DNA of 64,000 bases, from positions 1 through 64,000 of the IMG/VR virus record IMGVR_UViG_3300025411_000008; one strand, 5' to 3'. Source of the DNA: a virus. Positions 44,841-54,037 of this stretch are shown here, in pieces. Position 1 is the first letter of the stretch, and the number at the start of each line of letters is the position of its first letter. The position numbers were made by a program, and so were the translations under genes. The notes under the pieces were generated by a model. The model was not told the origin of the DNA, made no database searches, and was given only the letters and a program-made list of their open reading frames with translations.

Positions 44841-47644
44841 GCTAGATTCAATCCATAGCTCATAATTTTACCATTTTTCATAGGCGCTGTGAGAGTGGCT
44901 TGTGTAGTGAACCCACCTGAACGGTCACCCGTGTGAATGACTGATGATACATAGAACATGTAATTGTTCTGTGTGGCAGTCTCGTCAGTTACGTTCATAG
45001 ACACTCTCATACCTGGATAGAGCTCAGGCATAAATGTAAAGGTAACATTGCTAACGTATTGATTGGTCCATTGCTGCATGAAGGTATACAAGGCATAAAT
45101 ATACTCAAGAGACAATGAGTGAATCATATTCTGCTCATTAACGTATGGTCTCATGCCATATCTATCAAGGAATGTCGCTGCAGACAATGTATTTTGCTTT
45201 GTTGTCGGTTCGCTTAATGATTGAGAACCAAACAGCATTGACATCGTTGTTGCATCTTGGATGCTAACGATACCGTTGGTAGTAAGATAGTCAGCATTGC
45301 TTACCTGTTGACCGACGCCGTTGGTGTCACCAACAATACCTACGTGTGTTGCAAGTTGGTTATCATCATGATAAATCTGAAAGTCGATGATTTCAACTGG
45401 GCTAATGTCTAGAACAGGGTCAGTGCCATAAATGCCGTAGTAGTCAGGGAACCATGCAACGAAGTCACCATTTGGTGCACTCATATATGAACGCATGCCT
45501 CCCTGCATAATTTGAGTCAAGTCTTGCATGACAGGGTTGTCAAGCAGGAAAGCTCTTGGTGTACCAAGCATTGAGCTCGATCTTGGGTCGAACTGTGGCA
45601 TACCAAACAAGTTGTTGTATGACTTGGCAAGGTTGATTGTTGCTCGTTGTTGCGGGTCGTTTGGGTTAAGCGTCGTTGCTTTATCTGTGGTAGATGTAGA
45701 AGAGTTGTAATCAGTATTCAATAGAGAGGTTGCTTGAGCACCAGTCCAGCTATTGATTAACGTTAATGGTGAACGAGCACCAATATACTGTTGACCAGCA
45801 TATCCTTTGCTTGCAAAGATGGTCTTACCACCCACCATGTCAGGCCAAAAAAGCTTCTGAATGTGAGGACCTACTCCATAGGTGGATGACTCAATGGCCC
45901 AACCGACTCCTGGCTCACTGGGAATATTGTCAAGCCCAACACCTAAAGGTGGTTGCTGTCCAAACCCTCCGATCAGAATAGAAACGTGGTTAGGAAGGGG
46001 TCCTGCCTCACCAATAACATTCCAGAAAATTAAAGCACCAGGGGTTGGTATTGTATTCTTATCAGACCAGATACCATACGTATCGGGTAAGCTACCGTCA
46101 AGTGGGCCACATTCACCAGTTGTATTGCTACCATGAAGATTAATACCAATTTGTTGGTAAGCCCAGTAAGCAAGTCCTGAGCAGTCAAAAGCACCGTTCT
46201 TTGCTCCATAGGCAGTAGCAGGAGTCATTCGTGTTACTTGACGACCATCATATTCAGTTGGCTTCTGCGTATAAGCATCGCCAAGCTGACCGGCAAGTAC
46301 ATAGATAAGCTTATTAACTGCTTCTGTCCAAAGAAGGCCACTATTGGCAAGGGTTGTTCCTCCACCATAGGTCGAGTTGGCGTTTGCTTGATCAGTTTTT
46401 GATGGAACAACAACACCAGCAACTGGTGAAGTTGTTGGGTCTGGCCAACTTGTACTAATTGTTATAGGTCCTGGGTCTTCTGTGGAGTTCCATTTCGTAG
46501 GGTCACTAATTTTACCATTAAGGTACGCTGCAACACCTGGGTGAACCTGTATATAATCAACAGTCGGGTCATATACTGCATATCCCTTGAGCGATTGATT
46601 TGCTTTTTGTGGGATAGATGTTGCTCTTAGATTAACAACAAGGTTGTTGCTGCTATATAGTTGAATAATTCTTCCATCAGCCCCAAACGTACTTGGGTTA
46701 TTCATCAACCATGTTTTTGCATTGTCTTGAATCGTTTGATATTGCTTCTTTTGTTCTGAAGTGAGCTTATCTGTTACCTGGTACTGCAAGAATGACCAGG
46801 GTGCTGAGCAGTAAAAGATATCTTCTGTAATAAGATTATCGTTTACTGGGTTCATCGTGTTAGGACCCGGAAAGTTTGCTTTGCCACCAGCGATTGGGCT
46901 AGTTAAGAAACCTCTTGCTTGATTAGCAGTAAGAGAAACTCCAATACCTTTATCTGGTGCACTAGTATTGCTTGTCGTGCTTAGGTCTGTTGAACTGCCC
47001 TGAGATCTTGATTTATTAACATTTAGAATATTAGCAAGGTCTTGCACTGCATTCTGATTAAGTTGCTCGCCAGCTAGCATTCTTGTATAAGCTTGAGCTG
47101 CATAGTTAATGAATTGATCTGGAACGTTTTGAATGTGAATGCGATCAGGATTCCAGCCGCAAACACCATAAAGCATATTTACAACAGCAGTTGCTACGCC
47201 ACCATCATTAAGAGTTTGCTGTGTACTCCGAGCAACTTTGTCCATAAAATTAAGCAGCAAGCTTTGGTACTTGACAAGCGTGTCATCCCAATAAGTAACT
47301 TGAAGAATACGCAGAGTACAATTAGCTGTGATCTGGATAGGCGTTGGCACCAGTGTCTCGATAGGAGCATACGTGACATAGCCTGTAAACACTTGTACCC
47401 ACTGTGTTCTCTTTAGGAAAACAGTAATACGGTCCATAGTACTGATTTGGTTAGGCATACCAAAGTTATACTTACGGCCTGGGTTGTTTAACGTGCAGTT
47501 GAAACTACTCACTGCATTCATCTCACGGTCCACTGTAAAGTTCATTACATCAGCAGACACGTCCATAGGCCCAGCAGCAACTGAGTCAATGACAACACTG
47601 ATGTCCGGCGAATAAATGAAGGTACCTGATTGATTAAAGCTCAT
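44837..47644 (-). CDS. Baseplate hub with inserted NlpC/P60 peptidase domain
   Basis: FDCSGLAYWAY...PGALIFW...HVSI; C-terminal MPELYPGMRV...V.H. Confidence 0.8.
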   Translation of the reverse strand: MSFNQSGTFIYSPDISVVIDSVAAGPMDVSADVMNFTVDREMNAVSSFNCTLNNPGRKYNFGMPNQISTMDRITVFLKRTQWVQVFTGYVTYAPIETLVPTPIQITANCTLRILQVTYWDDTLVKYQSLLLNFMDKVARSTQQTLNDGGVATAVVNMLYGVCGWNPDRIHIQNVPDQFINYAAQAYTRMLAGEQLNQNAVQDLANILNVNKSRSQGSSTDLSTTSNTSAPDKGIGVSLTANQARGFLTSPIAGGKANFPGPNTMNPVNDNLITEDIFYCSAPWSFLQYQVTDKLTSEQKKQYQTIQDNAKTWLMNNPSTFGADGRIIQLYSSNNLVVNLRATSIPQKANQSLKGYAVYDPTVDYIQVHPGVAAYLNGKISDPTKWNSTEDPGPITISTSWPDPTTSPVAGVVVPSKTDQANANSTYGGGTTLANSGLLWTEAVNKLIYVLAGQLGDAYTQKPTEYDGRQVTRMTPATAYGAKNGAFDCSGLAYWAYQQIGINLHGSNTTGECGPLDGSLPDTYGIWSDKNTIPTPGALIFWNVIGEAGPLPNHVSILIGGFGQQPPLGVGLDNIPSEPGVGWAIESSTYGVGPHIQKLFWPDMVGGKTIFASKGYAGQQYIGARSPLTLINSWTGAQATSLLNTDYNSSTSTTDKATTLNPNDPQQRATINLAKSYNNLFGMPQFDPRSSSMLGTPRAFLLDNPVMQDLTQIMQGGMRSYMSAPNGDFVAWFPDYYGIYGTDPVLDISPVEIIDFQIYHDDNQLATHVGIVGDTNGVGQQVSNADYLTTNGIVSIQDATTMSMLFGSQSLSEPTTKQNTLSAATFLDRYGMRPYVNEQNMIHSLSLEYIYALYTFMQQWTNQYVSNVTFTFMPELYPGMRVSMNVTDETATQNNYMFYVSSVIHTGDRSGGFTTQATLTAPMKNGKIMSYGLNLA

Positions 47645-48318
47645 TTCAGTCCTTTCAAGATAGCTTTGGTACCAGCAGTAAGATTATTGATGTTGATCCA
47701 GCCACTACCATAAGCGTTAATATCTGCCGCTGTTGGTGCATAAGTTATACCACCAGGTCCTTGGCCGCTAGTACCTGACATAGCAGTTGCTGGCGTGTTC
47801 GCTACATTTGGAGTCAAGATATTCATTGTATACTGCGTTGTAAATGAGCTCTGGAACCTAACATATTGCTTATCTACTGTCTGAATCCAGCCAGTGTGTT
47901 GAATAACATCTAATGGGTCCTTGCTAATTAACGTATTGTAGATGGGCAATGTATTATCAGAGTTATTATAGTACGTTAATGTCATTGGCGCAACAGTAGA
48001 GCCATTAATGATTGCATTATAATGAGAATAAATAGCATCTTGGAATTTATTCATTTTAGAGAAGCCATCTGCAGGATCGATATCTTCGTAACCAAGGGTT
48101 AGTCGGGCCCCACCAATGGAGATAAGTGGCCACAATGCATCAAACTGGAACATCATTTGAGCGCGACGAATAGGTATCCAGCTCATGCCAGCACGAACCT
48201 GTTGACTAGAGAACTCATTGTTGCTGCTAGTGCTGATCGTCTGCATCCAGATATCAAATGTGGTTAAACTACCATTGTAGTAGAGAGTTACTGTAGCGTT
48301 CCCAGCCATTGTTCCCAA
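47641..48318 (-). CDS. Tail/baseplate structural protein
   Basis: Position and composition. Confidence 0.6.
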   Translation of the reverse strand: MGTMAGNATVTLYYNGSLTTFDIWMQTISTSSNNEFSSQQVRAGMSWIPIRRAQMMFQFDALWPLISIGGARLTLGYEDIDPADGFSKMNKFQDAIYSHYNAIINGSTVAPMTLTYYNNSDNTLPIYNTLISKDPLDVIQHTGWIQTVDKQYVRFQSSFTTQYTMNILTPNVANTPATAMSGTSGQGPGGITYAPTAADINAYGSGWININNLTAGTKAILKGLK

Positions 48319-48478
48319 CTCGCATCTGGTGTTTTATTTGCTTCATGGATGATACCCATGTTATTACTCCATGCAAACCCATTGAAGCTAATCGTTTGTT
48401 GGCCTGGATAAAGAATCGGTGTAGTGACTCTACAGTTTGCGTATGTGGTTCCAGTATTGATGTTATCCATAAGATCAT
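48288..48478 (-). CDS. Small tail-region protein (likely start MDNIN)
   Basis: ATGA-coupled to the upstream gene. Confidence 0.5.
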
Positions 48479-49077
48479 CCAGTCTGAGAATTGTTAGTGT
48501 TAGTAGGTTGAATTGCGCCGCTTTGCAGTGCATTGATTACGTCTTGATACTGTAGGTTACTAAGTGCAGAGGAAAGTCCCGTCCACTGAGGGCTAAACCC
48601 AACTCCTTCTGCGATCTTATTCACTGCATTCAAACTTGCAGCATTGGTAGCGATATTAGTGAGGTCTTGTTGCACTTCCATCATGATTACATAAGGGTAC
48701 TGCACGGTTGTTACACCCCAGCCCATTTGAAAGTTCTCGAGGAAGACTCTATAACTTAAATTACGACTAGGAATATTTATGCTCATAGACTGCTTAGTCT
48801 GATTCTGGTTATCCTGCATTGTTTTGAAGTCTTTAAACAATTGCATCAAGGTACCACGGTTACCAGCTTCGCCTTGCATAGTCATAGTTGTTATCTGTAC
48901 AGAAAGCAACTGTACGACACGACCACCAATAGTGCTGTAACTTTGTGTATTCATGTTGTAGCTCCAGTTCAACTGATTAATGTTGAAAGGGAAACTGTAT
49001 ACAGTACCGGTTGTATTATCTGTTAAATACGCTACATCAGGTGTATTTTTATCGAGGAAGGGGGCTACGCTACTCAT
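48475..49077 (-). CDS. Tail tube initiator-like protein
   Basis: Follows the tape measure; F.FN...L.WSY...T.GG.VVQLLS. Confidence 0.6.
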   Translation of the reverse strand: MSSVAPFLDKNTPDVAYLTDNTTGTVYSFPFNINQLNWSYNMNTQSYSTIGGRVVQLLSVQITTMTMQGEAGNRGTLMQLFKDFKTMQDNQNQTKQSMSINIPSRNLSYRVFLENFQMGWGVTTVQYPYVIMMEVQQDLTNIATNAASLNAVNKIAEGVGFSPQWTGLSSALSNLQYQDVINALQSGAIQPTNTNNSQTG

Positions 49078-51545
49078 TATTTAGTTGGCTGTCTATTGGG
49101 GTTTACTGCACCATTATTAAATCCTGCGGTGCCTTGTTTTGTTGATGCTGTAAGAATGCCTGCGAAAGAAGGGTGGATACCAACAGTAACTTGAACTTGC
49201 TGTGGAGTGGGGTTGGTGGGCGTGGGCACGCCTGGCATTGAATAGCCCGGAGATGATGATGAGTACCCTGGTATGCGATATGGTGTGGTGGGCGTTTGGC
49301 CTGGTATTGAATATTGATACTGTGGCAATTTACCACTGTTTATTTGGTTTACTGCTGCTTCTGCTTGTTGATAAGCTTTTAAGTTTGCAGGTGTTGGACT
49401 GGCAACGTAAGTATTATAAGCTGTCGTTGCTTGAGAATTGGCTGCGTTTGCTTGGTTTTGAGCAAATGCGTTAACTCCGCCACCCATGTAAGCAAGAGCT
49501 CTGGCTGATGCTCCTCCAGCACCAGCGGAGTTTTTATTAATTGCTGCGGCTAAGGCTGTGGGGGTAGCAGCAGCTGATCCAGTACCAGCTTTATTAAATA
49601 TTTGTTGCCGTTTGACGATATTCCAAGCCCAGTCAGCAGCTTTTTGCAATGATGAAGCAGCAGTTTGATAACCAGTTGCGCCTGATGAAACAAGGCTTTG
49701 TAAGATAAGCTGAAGAACAACGATGCTATCTTGATTCTTGTTTAAGAAGTCGTTCTCATCCTTATATGTTGATTGGATGTCGATTCCAGCCCAACTTAGA
49801 ATTTGTTCTTGTGATGCATTAGTTGCTGTGGCAATTGATGACTTGGACATGTTTCTCATTGCCCCGAACAAGCCCGTATAACTTACACCAAGCTGTTGAG
49901 ACAGAAGAGCATTGTTAATCATGGAACCCATACCTTCGGTTCCTGTAAATCCTGCTGCCTGTGCTACAAGGTCACCAGCACCAAACTGAGCTGCATTAAC
50001 ACCCAGTTGTGCTGATGTTGCAGAACTCGTTCCCATGCCAGCATAACTAGTCATGCCCTGTAGATAAGATTGGTTACCATAGGTAGTACTTGTCGTAGTG
50101 TTATTTTCAAGGTTACGAACTGCACCGAAAGCACTGGCGTTATCATTAAGGCTTACGCCAGCGCCCAACCCTGCTCCAAGAATTCCTTGAGCCTGTTGTG
50201 CAGAAAGACCATATTGTGTTTGGAACTGGATACCCTTATTCACATAGTTATTAAGGGCGCCACCCTTCAAACCAAGTTCAGATCCATAAACCTGGTTCTG
50301 CATAACATCTTGCATGCTATAAAATGGGTTTAAGTTAAAGTCAGACTTAAGGAAAGCACTGATTCCCTGGCCAATGCTACGACCATAGTCAACCTGACCT
50401 GTTACACCACCCATGGCTTGACCCATTGCAGTGTACTGACGTGCTGTATTTGCAACGTCAGATAAGCCACCATATATTTGCCCTGCTACGTTGGCATAAC
50501 CTGAGAACTTTGTAAATCCTTCTACGAGCTTGCTGCTAAAGACCTTAGCAACGGCGTTGGCTGTCTTAAGGGCTGTTGTCTCAGGTCCTTCTTGGATACC
50601 ACCGACTCTGGTATATGTATCTGGACCAGTTTGTACAGTATTAGAGCGTTGTGATTGCTTAATGCTTTTTAGGTCTACGCCAAGACCTCCAAGCGCAGAT
50701 TGTACTCTTCCACCAATGCCTTTGCCAAGGCCAAATGGGAGTGCGTCAGATACTCTGGAAATCTGGTCCATCATATCTGTATAGGCGTATTCAGCTGCTC
50801 TACCTTCGCTACCAGGTGCCATGATCTTGCCTAGTCTTGCATTGGCATAAGGGTATTGCTTAAGCTGAGAACGAATTAAATTCTGAGCAGATGTAACAGG
50901 TGTTTTTCTAACGTATGCTCTTCGGCCTCGTTGACTAACGCGTCCTGTTAAAGAATCAGTATTAACTGATCTAGTCTCTTCTTCATCGTCTTCATCGTCA
51001 AAACCGCGACCACTGGCGCCACCGCCACCGCCACCACCACCGCCTCCAGACCTTTTCAAGAAACGGCTATAGATGCCACGACGCTCATTCTCGTAAGAGT
51101 TGGTAAAGTCGGGGCTAGCAGTAGATGGGTAAACACCACCTCCACCGCCTCCTCCACCACCGCCTCCTCCACCACCGATGCCAAGCATGCCAAGGACATT
51201 GCTCATGTTGCCGCCAAGGCCCTTGACACTATTCATCATCTCGTTTAGAGCATTGATGTTATTAGAGAAGTTGCTCTGGTTAGATTGCACCAGGCTTTGG
51301 ATAGTCTGGAGAACAGTATCCATCTTGCTCAGCACTTCGAGGTTCTGGTCGAAGTACTTACGCATAGTATCAGCACGCTCACTAATACCAGATACGCCCT
51401 CTTCGATAGCGCCGATGTCAGCTCTGATCTGCTTTGTTAAAGCACCGAGCTGGTAGAAACCCTGTACTGCAGGGCCTGTATTACTGGAGACATCAATATT
51501 TAGGTTATACGAGCTTTCATTGTCGTTAGCCATTTTCGTCTCCAA
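49077..51545 (-). CDS. Tape measure protein
   Basis: Ala/Gly/Gln-rich helical 822 aa protein directly after the chaperone pair; contains poly-Gly linkers. Confidence 0.8.
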   Translation of the reverse strand: METKMANDNESSYNLNIDVSSNTGPAVQGFYQLGALTKQIRADIGAIEEGVSGISERADTMRKYFDQNLEVLSKMDTVLQTIQSLVQSNQSNFSNNINALNEMMNSVKGLGGNMSNVLGMLGIGGGGGGGGGGGGGGVYPSTASPDFTNSYENERRGIYSRFLKRSGGGGGGGGGGASGRGFDDEDDEEETRSVNTDSLTGRVSQRGRRAYVRKTPVTSAQNLIRSQLKQYPYANARLGKIMAPGSEGRAAEYAYTDMMDQISRVSDALPFGLGKGIGGRVQSALGGLGVDLKSIKQSQRSNTVQTGPDTYTRVGGIQEGPETTALKTANAVAKVFSSKLVEGFTKFSGYANVAGQIYGGLSDVANTARQYTAMGQAMGGVTGQVDYGRSIGQGISAFLKSDFNLNPFYSMQDVMQNQVYGSELGLKGGALNNYVNKGIQFQTQYGLSAQQAQGILGAGLGAGVSLNDNASAFGAVRNLENNTTTSTTYGNQSYLQGMTSYAGMGTSSATSAQLGVNAAQFGAGDLVAQAAGFTGTEGMGSMINNALLSQQLGVSYTGLFGAMRNMSKSSIATATNASQEQILSWAGIDIQSTYKDENDFLNKNQDSIVVLQLILQSLVSSGATGYQTAASSLQKAADWAWNIVKRQQIFNKAGTGSAAATPTALAAAINKNSAGAGGASARALAYMGGGVNAFAQNQANAANSQATTAYNTYVASPTPANLKAYQQAEAAVNQINSGKLPQYQYSIPGQTPTTPYRIPGYSSSSPGYSMPGVPTPTNPTPQQVQVTVGIHPSFAGILTASTKQGTAGFNNGAVNPNRQPTK

Positions 51546-51954
51546 TCTTATCTATATCTATATTGGCAAATGGGTTGATTAAACTCATTTGCTTAACAAA
51601 TTCCTCATCAGCAGATCTGTCTGGGCTAGCATTAGCACTCTTGTGGATCTCAGCGAACATCTGTTCCACTACTCTTGCTTCTTCAGTTGAAGTGGGAGCT
51701 GACCAAACGACTTCGTTTTCTTCGTTTTCTTCCTTGTGCTTCATGTAGCTCTTGTATAGCTCTGGGTTAGAAACAAACATTGATTGCTCAAAATGTATTT
51801 CTTCAAGCTCATTATCATATTTGCGTTTGCGAAGCTTAACGGAGGCAAGCAAGCATTGCTGTAAGAAATTGAGATCTGTGTTGGCAAAGATACCAACCGA
51901 GTGAGCGTATTCGCTCTTCTCAATTACGTACGGGTCTACTTCCCATCTTTTGGG
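51526..51954 (-). CDS. Tail assembly chaperone, -1 frameshift extension (gpT-like)
   Basis: The -1 frame is open from the slippery site (PKRWEVDPYVIEK...QCLLASVKLRK) into track ORF 51526..51852. Confidence 0.8.
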   Translation of the reverse strand, partial: PKRWEVDPYVIEKSEYAHSVGIFANTDLNFLQQCLLASVKLRKRKYDNELEEIHFEQSMFVSNPELYKSYMKHKEENEENEVVWSAPTSTEEARVVEQMFAEIHKSANASPDRSADEEFVKQMSLINPFANIDIDKIGDENG

Positions 51955-52478
51955 GTATCCGTTTCCTCTTGCGTCTTCTCAAAGATCTCAAAAGGTACTA
52001 CAGGTTCAATGATGCCGAGCTCTTGGAGCACGAGGACCACACGATTCTCGAGGATTTCAATCTCTTCGTAAAGGATATCAATCACTGTGTCATACCAGTT
52101 TTGAGAGACGTAGTCATACTTTTGCTTAATAACATTCAGGCTCTTATTACCTGGGATAAGCTCTTTGCCATCTACACTGATTAGACCGGCTGCAACAACA
52201 GCTGCCTTGTACGAACGGCCATAGCCAATTGTATCAAGGAAAGGCTTGGTGAGTAGGCTGATTTCTAACTTGTCATTTACTGTTAGTGTACGAACCACAA
52301 ACTTGTGGAAGGGAATTCGAGTGACTTCTCTCTTAAGCTGACCTAAGAAGAGAAGCCCCTCGAATTCGTCCTTCCACTCGTCGGGGAAAGTATTCATATT
52401 GTTGGCCGGGTTAAAGCCTTCATTGTTGATGGTTGTCATATTACCTTTGGGTCTAGGGCTACGTTCATAGCCTACCAT
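51936..52478 (-). CDS. Tail assembly chaperone (gpG-like)
   Basis: Upstream of the tape measure; ends ...ACC CCA AAA GAT GGG AAG TAG. Confidence 0.8.
   Translation of the reverse strand: MVGYERSPRPKGNMTTINNEGFNPANNMNTFPDEWKDEFEGLLFLGQLKREVTRIPFHKFVVRTLTVNDKLEISLLTKPFLDTIGYGRSYKAAVVAAGLISVDGKELIPGNKSLNVIKQKYDYVSQNWYDTVIDILYEEIEILENRVVLVLQELGIIEPVVPFEIFEKTQEETDTPKDGK
51948..51954 (-). other. -1 programmed ribosomal frameshift heptamer C CCA AAA
   Basis: X XXY YYZ pattern in the correct frame, three sense codons before the stop. Confidence 0.8.
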
Positions 52479-52494
52479 TTAGTAGACTAAATTA

Positions 52495-53484
52495 CTAGTT
52501 CTTGTTCAAGAAACGGTTGTAAGGCTTCTTAACACGGCGGCTACGGAGCTCAACCTGTGCAAAGAACTGACCATTAGTACCCGTACCGGAAGCAGGTACC
52601 GTAAGAACCGTACCAGCAATGTTGTTAGCCAGAGCAGAACCAGTTACGATACCACCGCTGACAGACGTTGTGGTCGAAGCAGGAGCAGCCAAGTAACCAA
52701 TGTTGCTTGTACCGCTAACACCTACAGCCGTACCTACAGCCGTACCAGAAGCAACGGCAACTGAGGGGTGGATACCTTCGGTCTGAATGAAGCCAAAGTA
52801 ACCAGCTGGGATGCTAACCAGTGGAACACCAGCGAATGCACCTTGCTTGGTACCAACCGTAGTAACCAGACCATTTACACCGCTGAGGCTGGTGTTGGCA
52901 CTGATAACATACGATGTACCCTGACCATCTTGGCGAACCTGGTAAGTAACACCAGAAGCGGTCGAGATGTAACGGTTGGTCTCATCGAACCAAACAGTAG
53001 CCCAACCACCAGAGATGGTTGAAGTAGTACCGTTGTAAGCAAGCGTGTAACGAGCGCCATCTGGGCCAGTCAACGAGTAGTTAGCAGAAGAACCAGAGAG
53101 TGTCGACTGAGGTGTACCGATACCGGCACCAGCACCAGCAGCACCACCAGCAGAAGCACCCTGGGCACCAAAGCCAGCAATGCTGAACGAGGTCAGTGAC
53201 TGACTGGTTGTGCCAAGGAGGCCCAAGAAGCTTACGCCACTTGCAACAGCCTGCTGGTTAAGGCCAGCCTGCGATTGTGCGATAAGGTAGCCACCACTTG
53301 CAGTGGTAAGGTCGGTGTTCACGGTGACAACCTTGATCACGTTCTGACGAGCACCGAGGCTGATCTTTGAGAACGTGTCGGCATCTACAACGTATTGAAC
53401 GCCTTGCACCATCTTGCGGTGATCAGGAAGAATGGCTTGGCCAACTCCTGCTTGAAGCTGAATAACGTATGAACGTACAGACAT
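52495..53484 (-). CDS. Virion structural (decoration-like) protein, Gly/Ser/Thr-rich
   Basis: Lies in the structural operon with an AAGGA RBS. Confidence 0.6.
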   Translation of the reverse strand: MSVRSYVIQLQAGVGQAILPDHRKMVQGVQYVVDADTFSKISLGARQNVIKVVTVNTDLTTASGGYLIAQSQAGLNQQAVASGVSFLGLLGTTSQSLTSFSIAGFGAQGASAGGAAGAGAGIGTPQSTLSGSSANYSLTGPDGARYTLAYNGTTSTISGGWATVWFDETNRYISTASGVTYQVRQDGQGTSYVISANTSLSGVNGLVTTVGTKQGAFAGVPLVSIPAGYFGFIQTEGIHPSVAVASGTAVGTAVGVSGTSNIGYLAAPASTTTSVSGGIVTGSALANNIAGTVLTVPASGTGTNGQFFAQVELRSRRVKKPYNRFLNKN

Positions 53485-53502
53485 TTTTAATTCCTTTTCT
53501 TA

Positions 53503-54024
53503 TTAGATAATTGCGTTGTTGTAGTTAGAGTAGACAGAAGGCACAAACGCAATTGGCGACTCTGTTCTCTGACGGTACATGATTGTCATCGTCTTAGGGA
53601 TTGTCATGGTACCAATCTGGATCGTTTCATCGATCTGTGCATTGGTAATGACGCATCCGTGGTAAACGATCGAACGTTGTGTACCGTCCGGCTTCGTGAT
53701 GACCTTGATGCATTGAACTTCACCTTGCTGCAGCTGAGCCTTGAAAACATCAAGGAGGTCAGCAGCTGTGGTAAAGTTCGATCCGAGCTGGGCCCAGACT
53801 TCTGAGTTCCACTGTTCAAGGAACGTGACTTCAAGAGTACCGGCCTCCAACGCAGCAGGCAGTGCAATCTCAATTGGGTACGCAGCATCAAGTGGCTGAA
53901 TAGGCACTGGCTGATTAACAGGCTGTGGTCCACGTTCAGCAATCATCTGTGCGTAAATGAGCACAGAACCATTGTAAGTAAAAGCTGTATAATGCCCACC
54001 TACACGAAATTTTGAATTAGCCAT
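53503..54024 (-). CDS. Tail tube protein
   Basis: 173 aa directly after the sheath; YP.EI..P.A..AGTL..TF.E.WN. Confidence 0.8.
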   Translation of the reverse strand: MANSKFRVGGHYTAFTYNGSVLIYAQMIAERGPQPVNQPVPIQPLDAAYPIEIALPAALEAGTLEVTFLEQWNSEVWAQLGSNFTTAADLLDVFKAQLQQGEVQCIKVITKPDGTQRSIVYHGCVITNAQIDETIQIGTMTIPKTMTIMYRQRTESPIAFVPSVYSNYNNAII

Positions 54025-54037
54025 AAGTTAATTACTC

